NCBI GenBank assembly: GCA_951406725.2
Contig: OX597827.1
Coordinates: 39,122,001 to 39,186,000 of the forward strand
Direction of reading: 5' to 3'
From: Octopus vulgaris
Taxonomy: Eukaryota
Length of the DNA: 64,000 nt
The position numbers and the translations under genes were made by a program. Of this stretch, positions 39,185 through 53,985 are shown in pieces (within the stretch, counting starts at the first letter, position 1; each line of letters opens with the position of its first letter). Under the pieces are notes generated by a model. The model made no database searches. It was not told where the DNA came from and saw only the letters and a list, made by a program, of their open reading frames with translations.

Positions 39185-39570
39185 CTCTCTTTACTCTTGT
39201 TTCAGTTATTTTGATTGTGGCCATGCTGGAGCACCACCTTTAGTTGAAGAAATTGAGCCTAGGACTTATTCTTTGTAAGCCTAGTACTTATTCTATCAGT
39301 CTCTTTTGCTGAACTGCTAAGTTACGGGGATGTAAACACACCAGCATCGGTTGTCAAGCGATGTTGGGGGACAAAATAAGACACAGAAACATACACACAC
39401 ACACATATGACAGGCTTCTTTCAGTTTCCATCTACCAAATCCACTCACAAGGCTACTACTATAGCCCGAGGCTATAGTAGAAGACACTTGCCGAAGGTGC
39501 CACGCAGTGGGACTGAACCTGTAACCATGTGGTTGGTAAGCAAGCTACTTACCACAGAGCCACTCCTGCA
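39185..39570 (-). mobile_element. Family B SINE
   Basis: Aligns with 6366-6793. Confidence 0.88.
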
Positions 39571-41364
39571 CCTATATATATATATATATATATGACAAAA
39601 ACACAAATATTTAAAACCCTAGTTCACAAATGACACAAAAAATCACTAAGACAGACAGAATTTAACCATTCAGATGCAAATATCAAATTGTAAACTTCAA
39701 GACAACTGTTACATTACACTGGACATACAAATGCCATACTTTCATATCAGCTGACCAATGAGGACACTACTATATGATCACTTAGCCTTGTAGAAATAGC
39801 AGCTGTATCTCCCTCAAATTACATCTTGAAGAAGGAGGAACCTACTGAACAATGTAGATATCACCCACACACACGCAAAGAGACAGCCATGGTTGAAATG
39901 CCTTTAATCTGTCAGTCTACTCAATTGAGGTTGATCTAGAACTCGATGACAACAACAACCAGCTGGCCATGCATCTACAATGAGGAGCATTAAAACACAA
40001 CACATTAATTGATAACAACCTCACATGGAATACTGCCAAATTGACAAAAACCATCATTAATCATGGAAGTTATATTAATAGCAAGTTTCGGTGATAGACT
40101 TAACACAATGCACACAACCACCAACAGATGAACAAACAAAAAAACCTTTATATGGTTGGTCAACCTGCTAGAAATATCAGCCAAATCTCCCATCTTAAGG
40201 ACATATTGGATAATGTAATCCTAGACATCTCCTGAAAAAAGATGAGTGGTCATGGCTGGAATGCCTCTCATTACAAGATTGATGACAAGTAATACTAGCC
40301 ACCACATCCAAACTATTGTTAAAAGGAAGAAACCAGAATGTGAACAGGCAGAATATCTGAAGTCCAGGGATGTTCTATGAAAGATAGACAAACAGACAGA
40401 CAGCTCGATTCTCATGACTGTTGCCTCCTGTAAATGAAGCTGAAATATCAACAGCAATGGAAATCATTTCATCCAGAAAATAAGACTGAGAAACGTTCAA
40501 TGGATGCCCCCCACCACAACGGAAATTTATTGTTCTGAATAAAAAATAAAACGAAGAAAAAAAACCTAACAAGAAAATACATAAAAAAACAGTAATAATA
40601 ATAATAATAATAATAATAATGATAATAATGATGATGATGATGATAATAATGATAATAAACTTGGAGTATAGCTGTGCTTTCAATAGCTCATGTTTAAAAA
40701 ACTAAAAGCTGTGTTCCTGATATGCATACACATACATTTTCATTATTTATATATATATATATATTGAGCAAGTCTTTTATGAATGCCAGCAAAATCAATG
40801 TATGGCTTGATTAATGAAATAGCAATATTGATTATAGAGAGGAGACAAAATATAAAAATAAATGAATAAAAAGAAGATTGAAGAGAAATTAGTATATGGA
40901 CCCCGTCACTATCTGGTTGTTTTCTACCTTGGGTCAGCCCTGATCGTGTAGACCAATGATCAAAGTTATTCTAGCTATGACCATCCTGCTTTTTTGATTA
41001 TTAGGAAATGTATTGTCCAATATGTTCTATTAAAAAGACAGTGGGATGGGATACAATGGCCATATGGCTGCTATTTCAAACAGGTTAGTTGAGCAACCAT
41101 CTCAGTTTGAATTAGTCCACAGTGCTTCATCTTTCATTTTCCCCCCTTCAACTGTCAATCATTAAAGGATGAGAAATGGTGTAGTGCCCATAAAATATTG
41201 CTGGTTCCCCAGACTAGAAACAGTGAAACAGTTAACGTGAAGCTTGAACATTTGGAAGGAGACACCAATAGGTAAAATAATTTGGGACAAGAAGGTAATT
41301 CTAGAGGGTTGCAGTACAAAGAAGGAAAGATTGCATAAAGTGAACTGTGCGTGTGTATATGAAT

Positions 41365-41718
41365 TTCTATACAAACATACATACATAATATACATACATA
41401 TATACATACATGTATATAGACATATACACACATGCACATATATATACATACATAAATACACATACATACACATATACATACACACATATACATACAAACA
41501 TATACATACACACATATACATACAAACATATATATATACACATATACAAACATATATATATATATACACATATACAAACACACACATATATACATATACA
41601 CACACATATATACATATACACACACACATAGATATATATACACACACACACACACATATATATATACATACACACACATATATATATATATATATACACA
41701 CACACATATACACACACA
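41365..41718. repeat. Compound (CA/TA)n microsatellite
   Basis: About 350 bp of alternating purine-pyrimidine repeat; source of several spurious ORFs. Confidence 0.95.
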
Positions 41719-41990
41719 TCTATTATATAAAATCTGTTCTGTCTGTGTGTGTGTGTCTTCTAGGATCTCAGGCATCCTCCATCCGATTGCGCTCAAATTT
41801 GATATGTAGATACTGATGGTATTAGGGTGTGTATAAGTCTTGAAAAAATCGATTCCAGGTGAGAATGCGATCGATAAAGCCGTGGGAACGTGCATTTGTA
41901 AAATCGTTTTTCTTGGAATAGAAAAAATGTCTATCTTTATTTCTTCTTTTGCTGGCATCTCAAAGTTAGGTTAAATCGGTGTTTCTCAAA
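41719..41990 (+). mobile_element. Helitron-like non-autonomous 5' segment
   Basis: A|TC start tctattatataaaatctg, (CTGT/GT)n tract, atccgattgcgctcaaattt motif; CpG-rich. Confidence 0.55.
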
Positions 41991-42109
41991 GGGGATGCCT
42001 ATGGGGCAGTCGGACAAGTTGTTTTGAGAAAATTTGGTTTAAATGTTTGACAATCAGCACCGTCCATTGGACGAGGGGGCATTTTGCTCATATATATATA
42101 CACACACAC

Positions 42110-42140
<31 letters not shown>

Positions 42141-42901
42141 ATATAAATAATATATAAATATATGCATATATACATACATATGTACATACCTACATATATA
42201 TGTATATATACATGCATATATGGGTACAGGACATCAAAAAAACGTTGAACATAATGAGAAACGAAAACATAAAAACAAAAACATAGAAACGAACCTTTCC
42301 TCAAACAACAAAAAATAAACAGAGAAACAAGGCACACAACACAAGGAACACCCCTCTTCTTCAGTTGTCCCTGTTTCATCTACTCCGCGTTTCGAATGTA
42401 AGGACAAGACACGACTTCATTGAAACAGTCCTTCCCGCAAAGCAAATTACTAGGCCATATGCCTCCACTTTATTAAATGGTACTCATATGTAAACAGCAT
42501 TAGCAACCAATTAACACAGAAATATTTTCTGGCTCTTCTTGTCTTTGTTATTGTTTTAACATCCATTCTCCCTTTATTTTGACAAGCATGAGACAGATCT
42601 GCCATATAAATAGTACATTGACACTTCTACTTCTCTGATCTCATCTGTGTGCCTCAACCTCTTGAGATCTGACTCCACTATCTTTATTTTTGTATGCCAT
42701 ACATGCAGACCTCTCTGACAGCACATGTCACTTTTTCAGCTCAGAATTCATTGGCCATTCCCATAACATGTTCATACCACTGGAGTACAGCTCTCTCTCT
42801 CTCCACTGCCCTCTCTATTGTACATACTGATTTCAAATTTTGGCACAAACATGACAAACAAAATACTGCAGAGCATTTTACTTGGCATGCTAATGATTCT
42901 T

Positions 42902-43370
42902 ATTTCTTTATTGCCCAGAAGGAGCTAAACATAGAGAGGACAAACAAGGACAGACAAAGGGATTGAGTTGATTACGTCGACCCTAGTGTGTAACTGGTAC
43001 TTAATTTATCGACCCCGAAAGGATGAAAGGCAAAGTCGACCTCGGTGGAATTTGAACTCAGAACGTAATGGCAGATGAAACACCGCTAAGCATTTCGCCC
43101 GGCGTGCTAACGTTTCTGCCAGCTTGCCACCTTATTATACATACTGACAGCTGGCAGAAACATTAGCATGCCGGGCGAAATGCTTAGCGGTATTTCGTCT
43201 GTGTTATGTTGTGAGTTCGAATTCCGCCGAGGTCGACTTTGCCTTTCACCCTTTCGGAGTCAATAAATTAAGTACCAGTTACACACTGGGGTCAATGTAA
43301 TCGACTTAATACCTATGTCTGTCCTTGTTTGTCCCCTCTGTGTTTAGCCCCTTGTGGGTAATAAAGAAAT
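42902..43370. mobile_element. Head-to-head inverted pair of SINEs (family A subfamily with a distinct tail)
   Basis: Arms 42902-43124 and 43149-43370 are reverse complements; 24-nt spacer. Confidence 0.9.
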
Positions 43371-43378
43371 TGATATCT

Positions 43379-43604
43379 TTAACCCTTTTGTTATTGTATT
43401 TATTGAGATGCTCTCTGTTTCTTTCAATTACTTTAAATATAACAAAGAATTTAGTAAAATAACTTAGTTATCATGAAGCTAGTGTTAGGAACATAAATTG
43501 TGACTAAGGTTTGGTGGAAGATTTTAATTCAGAACTTATGAAAACAAGACATTTGTACTCAGAGCCAGAGCCGGTTTCAGCTCAGTTGGTAATGAAAGGG
43601 TTAA
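43379..43604. mobile_element. piggyBac-type MITE
   Basis: TTAACCCTTT ... AAAGGGTTAA; closely similar copy at 50890-51118. Confidence 0.85.
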
Positions 43605-43785
43605 TATGCAATTCCTCATTTAGTTCACTTGTGCTCTGACAGTCATGCATTCTAACATTACATGTTCAACATTTCACATATCACATTCCTCTTATAATGC
43701 TTAAATTATCAATATTAATTGGTGTTTTTCAGTTTATGTAAGTGCATGTAGCATGATGTAAAGAATTCAACTTTCTTACTCTCTT

Positions 43786-43822
<37 letters not shown>

Positions 43823-46800
43823 TGCATATGCGTGTGTCAGATATAATTGCTTGCATGCAATAACATTTCACTATAAGGAACCCTTAGAACTTGTCCATAC
43901 TTCCAATTTTGTTATTTTCTTTTCATTGTTGTGCTGAAATGTCAAAAATTAACAATAGGCTTTGTATGGCTAAAGATACTTCTTAATTGTATTTCAAATT
44001 TCTTTGCAGCATACAATAAGCTAGAGAATAAATATTTGCAAAGAATTTGAAGGTTTTGTTTTGAGGACTCTGTTATTGGTCTTGGATAAAGGCACAAGGC
44101 CTGACATTTTTTGGGTGGGGGCATTTTGATTATATTGACCCCAATGTGCAACTGGTACTTATCTCACTAACCCTGAAAGGGATGAAAGGCAAAGTCAACC
44201 TTGGAAAAATTCGAACTCAGAATGTAGCGACAGATGAAATACCGCTAAGCATTTTGTCCAGTGAGCTAACAATTCTGCCAAGCACAAGTCCTGACATTTT
44301 GCAGGACGGGGCTAGTTTATTTCATTGACCCTAGTATTTGACTGAGGACACAAAATGCACAGACGTTGGAGACACAAAAAAGCAAAATAGGTCACAAAGG
44401 AACAAAAGTACATACTGTAGAGGATTCACTATATTTGTAATAATAATAATAACAAGAGAGAGAGAGAGTCAGTTGACTACATCAACTTCAGTAACTGACT
44501 GGTACTTTATTTTATCATCTTCAAAAAGGATGAAAGGCAAAGTTGGCTTCAGTAAAATTTGAACTTGGGAGCCGGAAGAAATAGCACAAGCATTTCTACT
44601 GATGTTTTAATAATTCTGCCAACTTGCTGCCTTTAATTATATCTAACATAGGTACAAAGCCAGAAATTTGGAGAGAGTATATTAGTCAGAAACAGTAACT
44701 CCAGTACTTGACTGCTACTTTAATTTTTTGACCCTATTGAAAGATGTAAAACAATGTTGACCTTAATGGGATTTGAACACAGAACATAAAATTTATAGCA
44801 GTAATAATTAGCAGAACCCCTTAGAAAGTCTTCTTTCATAGGTTAATAGACTTTTATAACATTGCTTTTGTTATATTAAACACTTCAATTGTCTTCAATT
44901 TTGTTCAATAGCTAAGGTTGTAACACAAAAACACATTATTTTTTTACCTTTTGCTTGTTTCAGTCACTGGACTGTGGCCGTGCAGGGGCACCACCTTGAA
45001 GGGTTGAACAAATTGACACTAGCACTTATTTTGAAATCTGGTATTTATTCTAACAGTCTCTCTCTCTCTCTTTTTTTTTATCAAACTACTAAGTCACAGG
45101 GACCTAAACAAACCAAGACTAGCCATCAAGCAGCAAGGGGGTGGGGACAAACACAAAAACACACATATACATATATCTACACGTACACACACACAAAGAG
45201 GAGGTTTTACAAAGTTTTTACCTATAAATTCATTTGTAAGACATTGATTGGCCCAAGGCTATAGTATAAAACATTTACCCAAGGTGCAGCATGGTGGAAC
45301 TGAACCTGAAACCAAGCCATGTGATTGGAAAACGACATTGTTAATCATGCTGCTATGCCTATGCTTCTGTGGAACAAAACAATAATATAAGTCTCCAACT
45401 TAGTCACAAATATGAACTGAGGATTATAATTCATTTATCAACAGTGACACTTAACTAGTACTAATTTTGTTGACCTAGAAAGATGAAAGGAAAAGAAAAT
45501 AATAATCATCAATCTTGGTACGATTTAATGTGGAAAAAAAAAAAAGCTCAGTTAATTATTCTGTTTATGATTCAGACATTTATTTCTTAGAGTACTTAAG
45601 TATATCATCTGCTAAGTAGAAAGAAAAAAATATCTTGTATCTCTTACTCTAATACAATGGGTTTCAAAAGGCATACTGCAGATTTATGGTGGAGTTTACA
45701 AAAATGGCCATGTGATATGAACTTTGCTTCCCAACCACATGGTTCTAGATTCAATCCCACTACATAGCACCTTGGGCAAGTGTCTTCTACTTGTTAACAT
45801 TCAACAAGTTATGGTGAAGCTACACTTCATAGATGAGCTTCAAATGAAAGGCAAAATACATCTAGTGCTGTCTCTGTACTCACTGTAAACAGCCAAGTGC
45901 TCTGGTGAATGATCGTTGGCCTTTCAGACAGTAACCAGGTCTTCTATCATGTTAGCCTAATGTTGAGCTAATGAGAGACGATCTCTGAAGTTGCTTGAAC
46001 TGCTAGAAATAGTAGCCAGATATTTCTCAGAACAAACCCTATAGTTTTTTTTTAAAAGGATAGACACATTGAACAATATAATTTAGATATACTAAAAAAG
46101 ACAATTGACACAGCTGGAATGATGGAAGATCTTGGTCAGTTTGGGCTAGCCTGAAGCAAACAACAGTAATCAATGAGAGTGTCTGGTCAAACCTCAATCC
46201 TCTTCAAATTCTTAAAAGTGAAAAGGACAAATTGGATAATGAAATCCTAAATATACTATGTTTAGATAAAAAAAAAACAAGAAAAGCCAAAAAATAACCA
46301 AAAACAAAGCATTGTGCTTGTGATTTTAAAACACCTGTGATCATGGTTTTGAAACACCTGTCAACATAGGTAAGCTCAATCAAAGGTAGTAAGGAGCTGA
46401 ATAGCAACTTAGCCAAGTCTAAGGTGTAGATCCGATATGAATGATTTATATTAGTTGATATTTTCAGATGTACAGTAGGATGTTCATGTGAACAATTTGT
46501 TTGCCTGGTGATGTGACATCCTCGTGATACATGAATGAATGGAATATTGTGAAGGCCTAATGGTAATAATGTTAATGTACATATAGGCAGAATATGTGGA
46601 TGCATGTGAAAAACGAAATGGAAAAAAGAATATTAATAATCATACAAATTCATTTATTTTTATAATGAGGAAAATTGAGGATGTGAGAGAGATTGAAAAT
46701 TGATCTAAGGAGTTTGAGTCTAACAAAGGAAGATATATCTAACCTATGCAGGTATAGAAAACTGATGATGATGCATATAATTATAGGTAACTATAGTTAT

Positions 46801-49800
46801 CACAAAGGTAATAACATCATACACACCCTAGAATAATTAGTAAAATTAAGATTCCCACACATACACACACACAGTTTTGTAATTCTTATACCTATTATTC
46901 ATGCTTGGGTTGATTTACTAGTCAGCACTCTTCATCAGAATTTGTGGAACTGAATTGCCTAAATTAGAAATCATTTATAATTTACATTTTTCTATGGTGT
47001 CAGACTGACAGTTGTGAAAGTGTAAGACAAAGTGGTTAAGGTGTTACACTCATGATGGCATGATTATGGTTTCGATTCCCAAACTGGGTGGTGCACAAAA
47101 TACTTCATTTCATATTGTTCCAGTTCACTCAGCTGTAAAATGAGTGACCCTGTGACAGATTTTCATCCTGTTCAAGGAGTATGTTGTGATTTCAGTCTCT
47201 CATATGCCATGGAAACTGGATCACTGGCTCTATGAAGCTTAGTCTAAGGGTTGATGATAATGATAAGACTGTGTCCAGTTATAGTTTTCTTCTCAAATTC
47301 CACAAACAGATAGTCATCTGTGTACTGGCTACACCCTGGAAAGAACACATAGAGGAGGTCCATAGGAGGAACTGGTAGAGGAATGCAGAAACCAAGACTG
47401 GCAGGCATGTGGCATGCCAATTGAAAGAGGCTATCAGGGTTTTGTGGGGAGGGAACATTCATTCTGCAAAGCTCTGACCATACATTCTATTACTGGAGCT
47501 GCAGAGAGATAGCCATTAGATGGCTTTTGATAAAGATGGTGGAACAGTAGTTTGCTTCTGCTTAGATGCAAGTTGGGATCTGATCAACCTCAGCTGGGTC
47601 AAATGGGTGAAAAGCTCTGATGAAAGACCTGAAATCCCTTAAGAACTCAGAAACATCACAGATGGCACATCCCAGACCATTAATCATAAGATGCATCTTA
47701 GAACTGACAAAACATGGATTTAAATTTTAGCTTCATTCCACTAAAAAAATGGAAATCAAAATCAAAATCCTACACTTTAGCCTCAGTTTAACTTAGAAAA
47801 ATAAACAAACCAAAACTGACAGAATATAGTTATATTTCAAACTTTATTGATGAAGCAAAGATGATTAATATCAAAAACTTGTTGCTATATAGCCTCAATT
47901 CAGCCTTGAGATCAAGCTGGTCTAGAATCAAAGGAAATGGACAAGATCATCCCCTCCTTTTACAAGATCATATTAATGCATTTTCTTTATAAGAAGATAA
48001 GGTATGATTTACAGATTTTGCTGCTCTGTTTAGTAGGTTGAGTGACCACACACAGATGAAAATTTCAAGTGCATAAAAATCTGTGGGAACGAATACTGCT
48101 GAGGAAATGAAATATTTCATTTTAAAAATCCACAGGTACATAATTTACTTTTAGCTTTAAGATTCTATCACTGGAGCTGCAGAGAGATAGCCACTAGATG
48201 GCTTCTGATAAAGATGGTGGAACAATAGTTTGCTTCTGCTTGGATGCAAGTTGGGATCTGATCAACCTCAGCTGGGTCAAATGGGTGAAAGGGTCTTTTC
48301 CATATAGCTGGTTTTTTTTGTTGAAGGATTTTGTCAGTTGGTGGTTTCAAATTTGAAAATGGGAAAAATTTTGTCCATAGGGGTTCTTCACTTCTGGCAG
48401 TAGTTATAGGATATCGCTGATGGAGTAGGCATGCCACATGACAATAGTTCAAGGACAGTTCTGTTGGAGTAGACACACCTTGTGGTAGTAGTCCTAGCAT
48501 AGTTTTGCTGTTGTGGTCAGCAGTTACATGACTGTAACCTGAGGATAGCTCGGTTTCAGGAGAGCTATTATAGGTTATAGGTCTATGGCAGTTTGACTGG
48601 AGGAGTAATGCCACATGTCAGCAGTCTTCAAACTCTGCCAGATTAAACTAATGACATGAGTATGGTTAATTAATGAAGAACTTAATTGACATCCTAGTAA
48701 TGGTCATTACACTTAAAGCATTTTAGCCTCTAGGATAAAAAAGAATAGCAATATACCACCATGGTACAACAACACAAGTGTCAAATTTATATCAGCATGG
48801 GAAAAGGGACATGATGAAGATGGTTATGGGGTTACAACAAGTGATGTTGAAATTATAACAAAGACAGCCAACCCTTGTCTTAGCTAATCCTTTTCCAATC
48901 AAAACCAGTTTTTGTAGTACTATGGATGAAAGAAAAATCTTCCCTCGGATGATATGTTGGACTATCACAGAAGCTATCCACCCACTTTCAATACTATCCC
49001 TCACTCCCTCTCACAAAAGTAATTAGACTTAGTACTGCAAACCAAGAAGTTACTGTGTTGGCACAACATTGGAATTGACTATATGACAAACCAATGAAGA
49101 AGATTTTACAAGGCTGCTCATCAAATTTCTAAGAATAGCAGCAAAATCTCTTATATCATACCTTATTGTCTTACCCACAACCCACCAAAAAAAAAAAAAA
49201 TCACAAACAACAACAAAAAAGAACATTGGATAATGTAGACTGGGAGAAAGTGTCTGAAATGACAGAATGGTCATGGTTAGAATGCCTTTTAATTATAATT
49301 TCATTTGTATTTCATCTAACTCATTACATCCCTCATCCTCATTGTTTTATGTCAGTTATCCATCCTGGCATGGATTGGACAGTTTGACAGGAGCTGGCCA
49401 GCCAGGGAACTGTCCAAACTCCAAATTGTCTGTTGTGGCATGGTTTTTACAGCTGGATGCCCTTCCTAACGTTTTAAGTTCAAATTCTGCCAGGGTCAAC
49501 TTTATCTTTCATCCTTTCGAGGTTGATAAAATATACTAGGCAAGTACTGAGGTTGAAATAATCAACTTTGCTCTTCCCTTCAAAATCTCAGGCCATTTGC
49601 CAAAAATAGAAATTATCAGTCTACTTGAGCAAAGCTAATCTGGGACTAAACAACAAACTATATCAAGTGTAGTTGCTACTGAAGCTAGGTAAAGTTGGCT
49701 GAGGTTTGAGCTAAGGTTAAATCTTTCATAAAAAATCAGGTCTTCAGAACAAGTTCATAATGGAAGTTACTAATCTTAGGCTGATAAGAGGCAAAACTCT

Positions 49801-50257
49801 TCAATACTGCCACTGTTCTTATCCAGTACTTTCCAACTGGGTTGTCATGACACCCTGCGCTGTTTTAGACAATAGTTAAAAGTGTTGAGAGGTTTTAAAT
49901 TTAAATAACAACTGACAAAAAAAAAAAATGTCATTAAGAATGTCGTGTATATTAAACATAAGAAGATAGCATGATGAGGTCACAAAAATGATGGAAAAAA
50001 CCAGTGATCTAATATAAAAGAACTTTTCCGAGACAAATTGTTTTTCTGGCCACAACTAAACTATACCAAATGTAGTTGCCACATGATGAACTAGGGCATT
50101 GCACGATTAATTATTTAGCACTGTTTGAATAAAATGTAACATGATCATTGCTTGATCAGTGCAGAAATGGAGATACACAAGAATGTTGACTTTGTAAATG
50201 TCTAGTTGGGTTTCAAAAAGCAAAACATTGTTCTGCTACTTTAGATTTATAATAATA

Positions 50258-51370
50258 ATAATCCTTTCTGCTATAAGCACAGGGCCTGAAATAAAGGGTA
50301 GTGGGGCTAGTCAATTACACTGATCCCAATGCATAACTGGTGCTTATTTCATCAACCCCGAAAAGATGAAAGGCAAAGTCGATCATGGTGGAATATGAAC
50401 TCAAAATGTAAGGACGGACAAAATGCTGCTAAGAATTTTGACCAGCATGCTAACAATACTGCCAGCTCGCTGCTTTTATAATAATAATAATCCTTTCTAC
50501 TATAGGCACAAACCCTGAAACTTGGGGGAGGGGATAGTAAATTATACCGACCCCAGTGCATAACTGGTACTTATTTCATCAACCCCGAAAGGATGAAAGG
50601 TAAAGTCAACCTCAGTGGAATTTGAACTCAGAACGGAGCAATGGGTGAAATACCGCTAAGCATTTCATCTAGCGTGCTAACAATTCTGCCAGCTCACCTT
50701 ATAATAATTTCTACTATAGGCACAAGACCTGAAATTTGAGAGGAGGGGACTAGTTGATTACTTTGACCCTAGTGCTCAACTGGCACTTACTTTATCAACT
50801 TCAAGAGAATGAAAGGTAAAGTTGACCATGCTGGAATTTGAACTCAGAATGGAAAGACAGATAAATTGCTGTTAAGCATTTTGTCTGGTTTAATCCTTTC
50901 ATTACTGTATTTATTTTGAGATGCTTTGTGGTTCTTTCAATTACTTTGATTATAACAAAGAATTTAGTAAAATAACTTAGTTATTATTCAGCTTGTGTTA
51001 GGAATATAATTTATGACTAAGGTTTGGTAGAAGATTTTAATTCAGAACTTATGAAAACAAGACATCTGTACTGCAGAGCCAGAGCCGGTTTCAGCCGGGT
51101 TGGTAATGAAAGGGTTAAGGGTTCTGCCAGCTCACCACCTTAATAATGATAATAGTAATATAGATTTCAAATTTTGGCACAAGACCAACAATTTTATTAG
51201 GAGGCTGTTAGTCAATTACATTGACCCCAGTACTTGACTGGTACTTACTTAAACCCTAAAGGACGAAAGGTAAAGTTGGCCTTGGTGAGATTTGAACTAA
51301 GAATGTAAAGAGTTGGAAGAAATGCCACTAAGCATTTTGTCTGATGTGGTAATGATTGTCAGCCCACTGC
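50258..51370 (-). mobile_element. Tandem cluster of four family A SINEs, one interrupted by a MITE
   Basis: Repeated unit separated by (AAT)n. Confidence 0.88.
50890..51118. mobile_element. piggyBac-type MITE inserted in a SINE head
   Basis: TTAA at both ends; SINE resumes ggttctgccagctcacc. Confidence 0.85.
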
Positions 51371-52046
51371 CTGAATAATAATAAAGGTAAACAAAAGTTG
51401 TGTCTATACTAGATAAGGATTGACCTTTGTAAAATTGAATGATTATCTTAAAGAATGACAAGGTGAAGGAGAAGAACAATAATATTAATAATATTAATAA
51501 CACCACCACTGACTGTGACAACCAAATGAAGTTACCTCTATACGGTTACTTGGCCTACTAAAAGGAGCTGAGAAATCTCATTTAAATTACACTACCATCT
51601 TGAGAAAGGTATACATTAGATAATGTAGTTTAAGATACTCTATTACTAAATTTGTTTTGAATTCGATATTCTGTGTCGTTAAGTAAAAGAGATATAGTGA
51701 AATGTCTGAAATAGATAAGGTATAGGATCGCTAGTCTATAGGTCAAGATTTGATATCCCACTGTAATTTAGAAGGATTGGGAATAATATTTGACATTACA
51801 AGCAAGTCAGAAAAACAACAGGCTTTGCAATGTAGCTGTTGGACATCAACCTCAGAGATGACTACAAACCACAATATAGGCAATCTGTCCAGAAGGGCAG
51901 TAACTGAATAAAAACTGTTACGCAATTGTGAGGATTCTAGTTCTACTGCAGAAACCTCAAGCATAGGTGCTGAAAGGCACCCAGTCCATGCTGTAAAATG
52001 ATAAGCGATAGAAAGAATGTCTGGCTGTAAAAATTATACCAATATA

Positions 52047-52435
52047 GGTGCAGGTATGGCTGTGTGGTAAGAAGTTTTCTTCTCAACGTGGTTCTGGGTT
52101 CAGTCCTATTGAGTGGCACCTTGGCTAAGTGTCTTCTACTATAGCCCTGGGATGACCAAAGCCTTGTGAGTGGATTTGTTAGACAGAAACTGAAAGAAGT
52201 CATATTCATATATATGTGTGTGTGTGTGTGTGTCCGTGTCCCATCACCACTTAACAAATAAATGTTTGCGCGTTTATGTCCATGGAACTAAGAAGTTCAG
52301 CAAAAGAGACGGATAGAATAAGTACCAGGCTTAAAGAGAATAAGTATTGGGATTGATTTGCTTGACTAAAATTCTTCATGGTGGTGCTCCAGCATGGCCG
52401 TGGTTTAATAACCGAAGCAAGTAAAAGATAAAAGG
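52047..52435 (+). mobile_element. Family B SINE
   Basis: Head ggtgcaggtatggctgtgtggtaag, tail gcaagtaaaag. Confidence 0.85.
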
Positions 52436-53589
52436 AAGGAACAAACACAAGAGACATGGATTTTGCCAACCACAACATTAAAAAAAAAAAACTGATCTGG
52501 GGGTACCAGTAAATGAAGACACAAACACTCTAATGACAGCGATACAACAAAATGTACCAAGTCCATGATGTAAAATGACTGGTGAAAATTAAAATGTCCT
52601 GCCAGAAAAGAAATGGCACACATAGAAACAGAAACGGACAATTATTTCTTGTGCATGCCAAATGATAACGGACAGCAACAGGAGGTAACATGTTGAGAGT
52701 CATGAAAGGATAGAAAAAAGGAAAATGGAAATAAAAAATACAATAGTGCCAGCATTGAGTAGTTGTTGAATTAGCATTGAAGTAAGTGAGATATTTGTGG
52801 AGATAAACTAGTACAGTTAGAATGGAAAAAATAAAATAAAACCCACTTATGGCAAAGAGAAAATGGTAGGTATTGTGTTATATGATAACACTGAAAATGA
52901 TAAATATATGGTGGATATGTTGCTTATAATGTCTGATATCATTCTCAATTAAATTTTTAGTCACAAAGACTGGAAAAGTGGGTTTAGTTTGAGAGAGACT
53001 CCAAATAAATGAAAGGAGAAGAGTAACATGCATTGTATGGGTTCATTCAAAAGTGGTATACAGTTGGAAGTTTAAAAAAAAACTGGAAGTAGAAGAGACA
53101 GGAAGACCAGTGTTAATGAGTAGGTGGTTACAATGTAATTAATAAACTAATATTCCTAAGTTGTTTAGTGAGCTTTTTTTTTCACATGGTCTAGAATGAA
53201 ACACCAAAGTGATCTGCACTACTACTTTAAAGAGAGTCAGAAAATTGCTTAGCAATGATCTATGTTTTACAATCCTAAAGAGAAAATTCAACCAATTTGG
53301 CTGCTCATCATATGGTAAACTTGAACATCTTTGATAACTTTCTCATGAAGATTACATTTCACATAACCAAAACAGCATCACAATGATTAAGTTTCCTTTT
53401 CATGACCTGATAATACAATGCAGATAATACAATGCAAGGCATGTGTGCAACAGTCATGCAGCATATCCACTTTGCATATCCTGTGCTGCATTTCAATGAT
53501 ATACTGCTTTTACCTAAAGCATGTATGCATGAAACACACATGCACATGCACACACTGCAGTCAATGTATCATACAATATAATTGTTGGG

Positions 53590-53985
53590 ATCAAAGATGG
53601 CATATTTCTAGTGAGACTTCTAAAAAGAAATTCTTAGTTCAGAATAAACTGCTTCACTTAGCAGTTGTTCATCTGAAGAAAGCTTTGGCAAAGCAACATG
53701 TTCCGTAGTAGGATGGGTGCCAAAGAAGAGTTGATGAATGGCTTGCAAAAGCTGTAGGCGAAGGTTGGCAAGACGTTTAGTGAGAGATTTTGTGTAAAAT
53801 AGATGTTCACATTGGTTTTGTTCTCAGTTTTCAACTCATTCTAGTTTTGAAGATGGTTGTCTATGAAAATTTTCTCTTTAATCATATAGACAGAATCTGT
53901 TGAAGAATTAGAGAAAATGTTCCATATCTAGAAGAAAGGTTAAGAATTCAAGGTAGAAGAATTAACATAGCAGATACCAAAGAGC
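53590..53985 (+). mobile_element. Highly decayed RTE-clade LINE RT fragment
   Basis: Broken frames give IFLVRL, KFLVQNKLLHLAVVHLKKA (cf. LYLAFVDLEKAF), VDEWL, ESVEELEK. Confidence 0.65.

Noticed and set aside
41155-41958. Longest ORFs in the track (267, 190, 185 aa)
   Set aside because: Translations of the CA/TA microsatellite; low-complexity V/C/Y/I/H/T content
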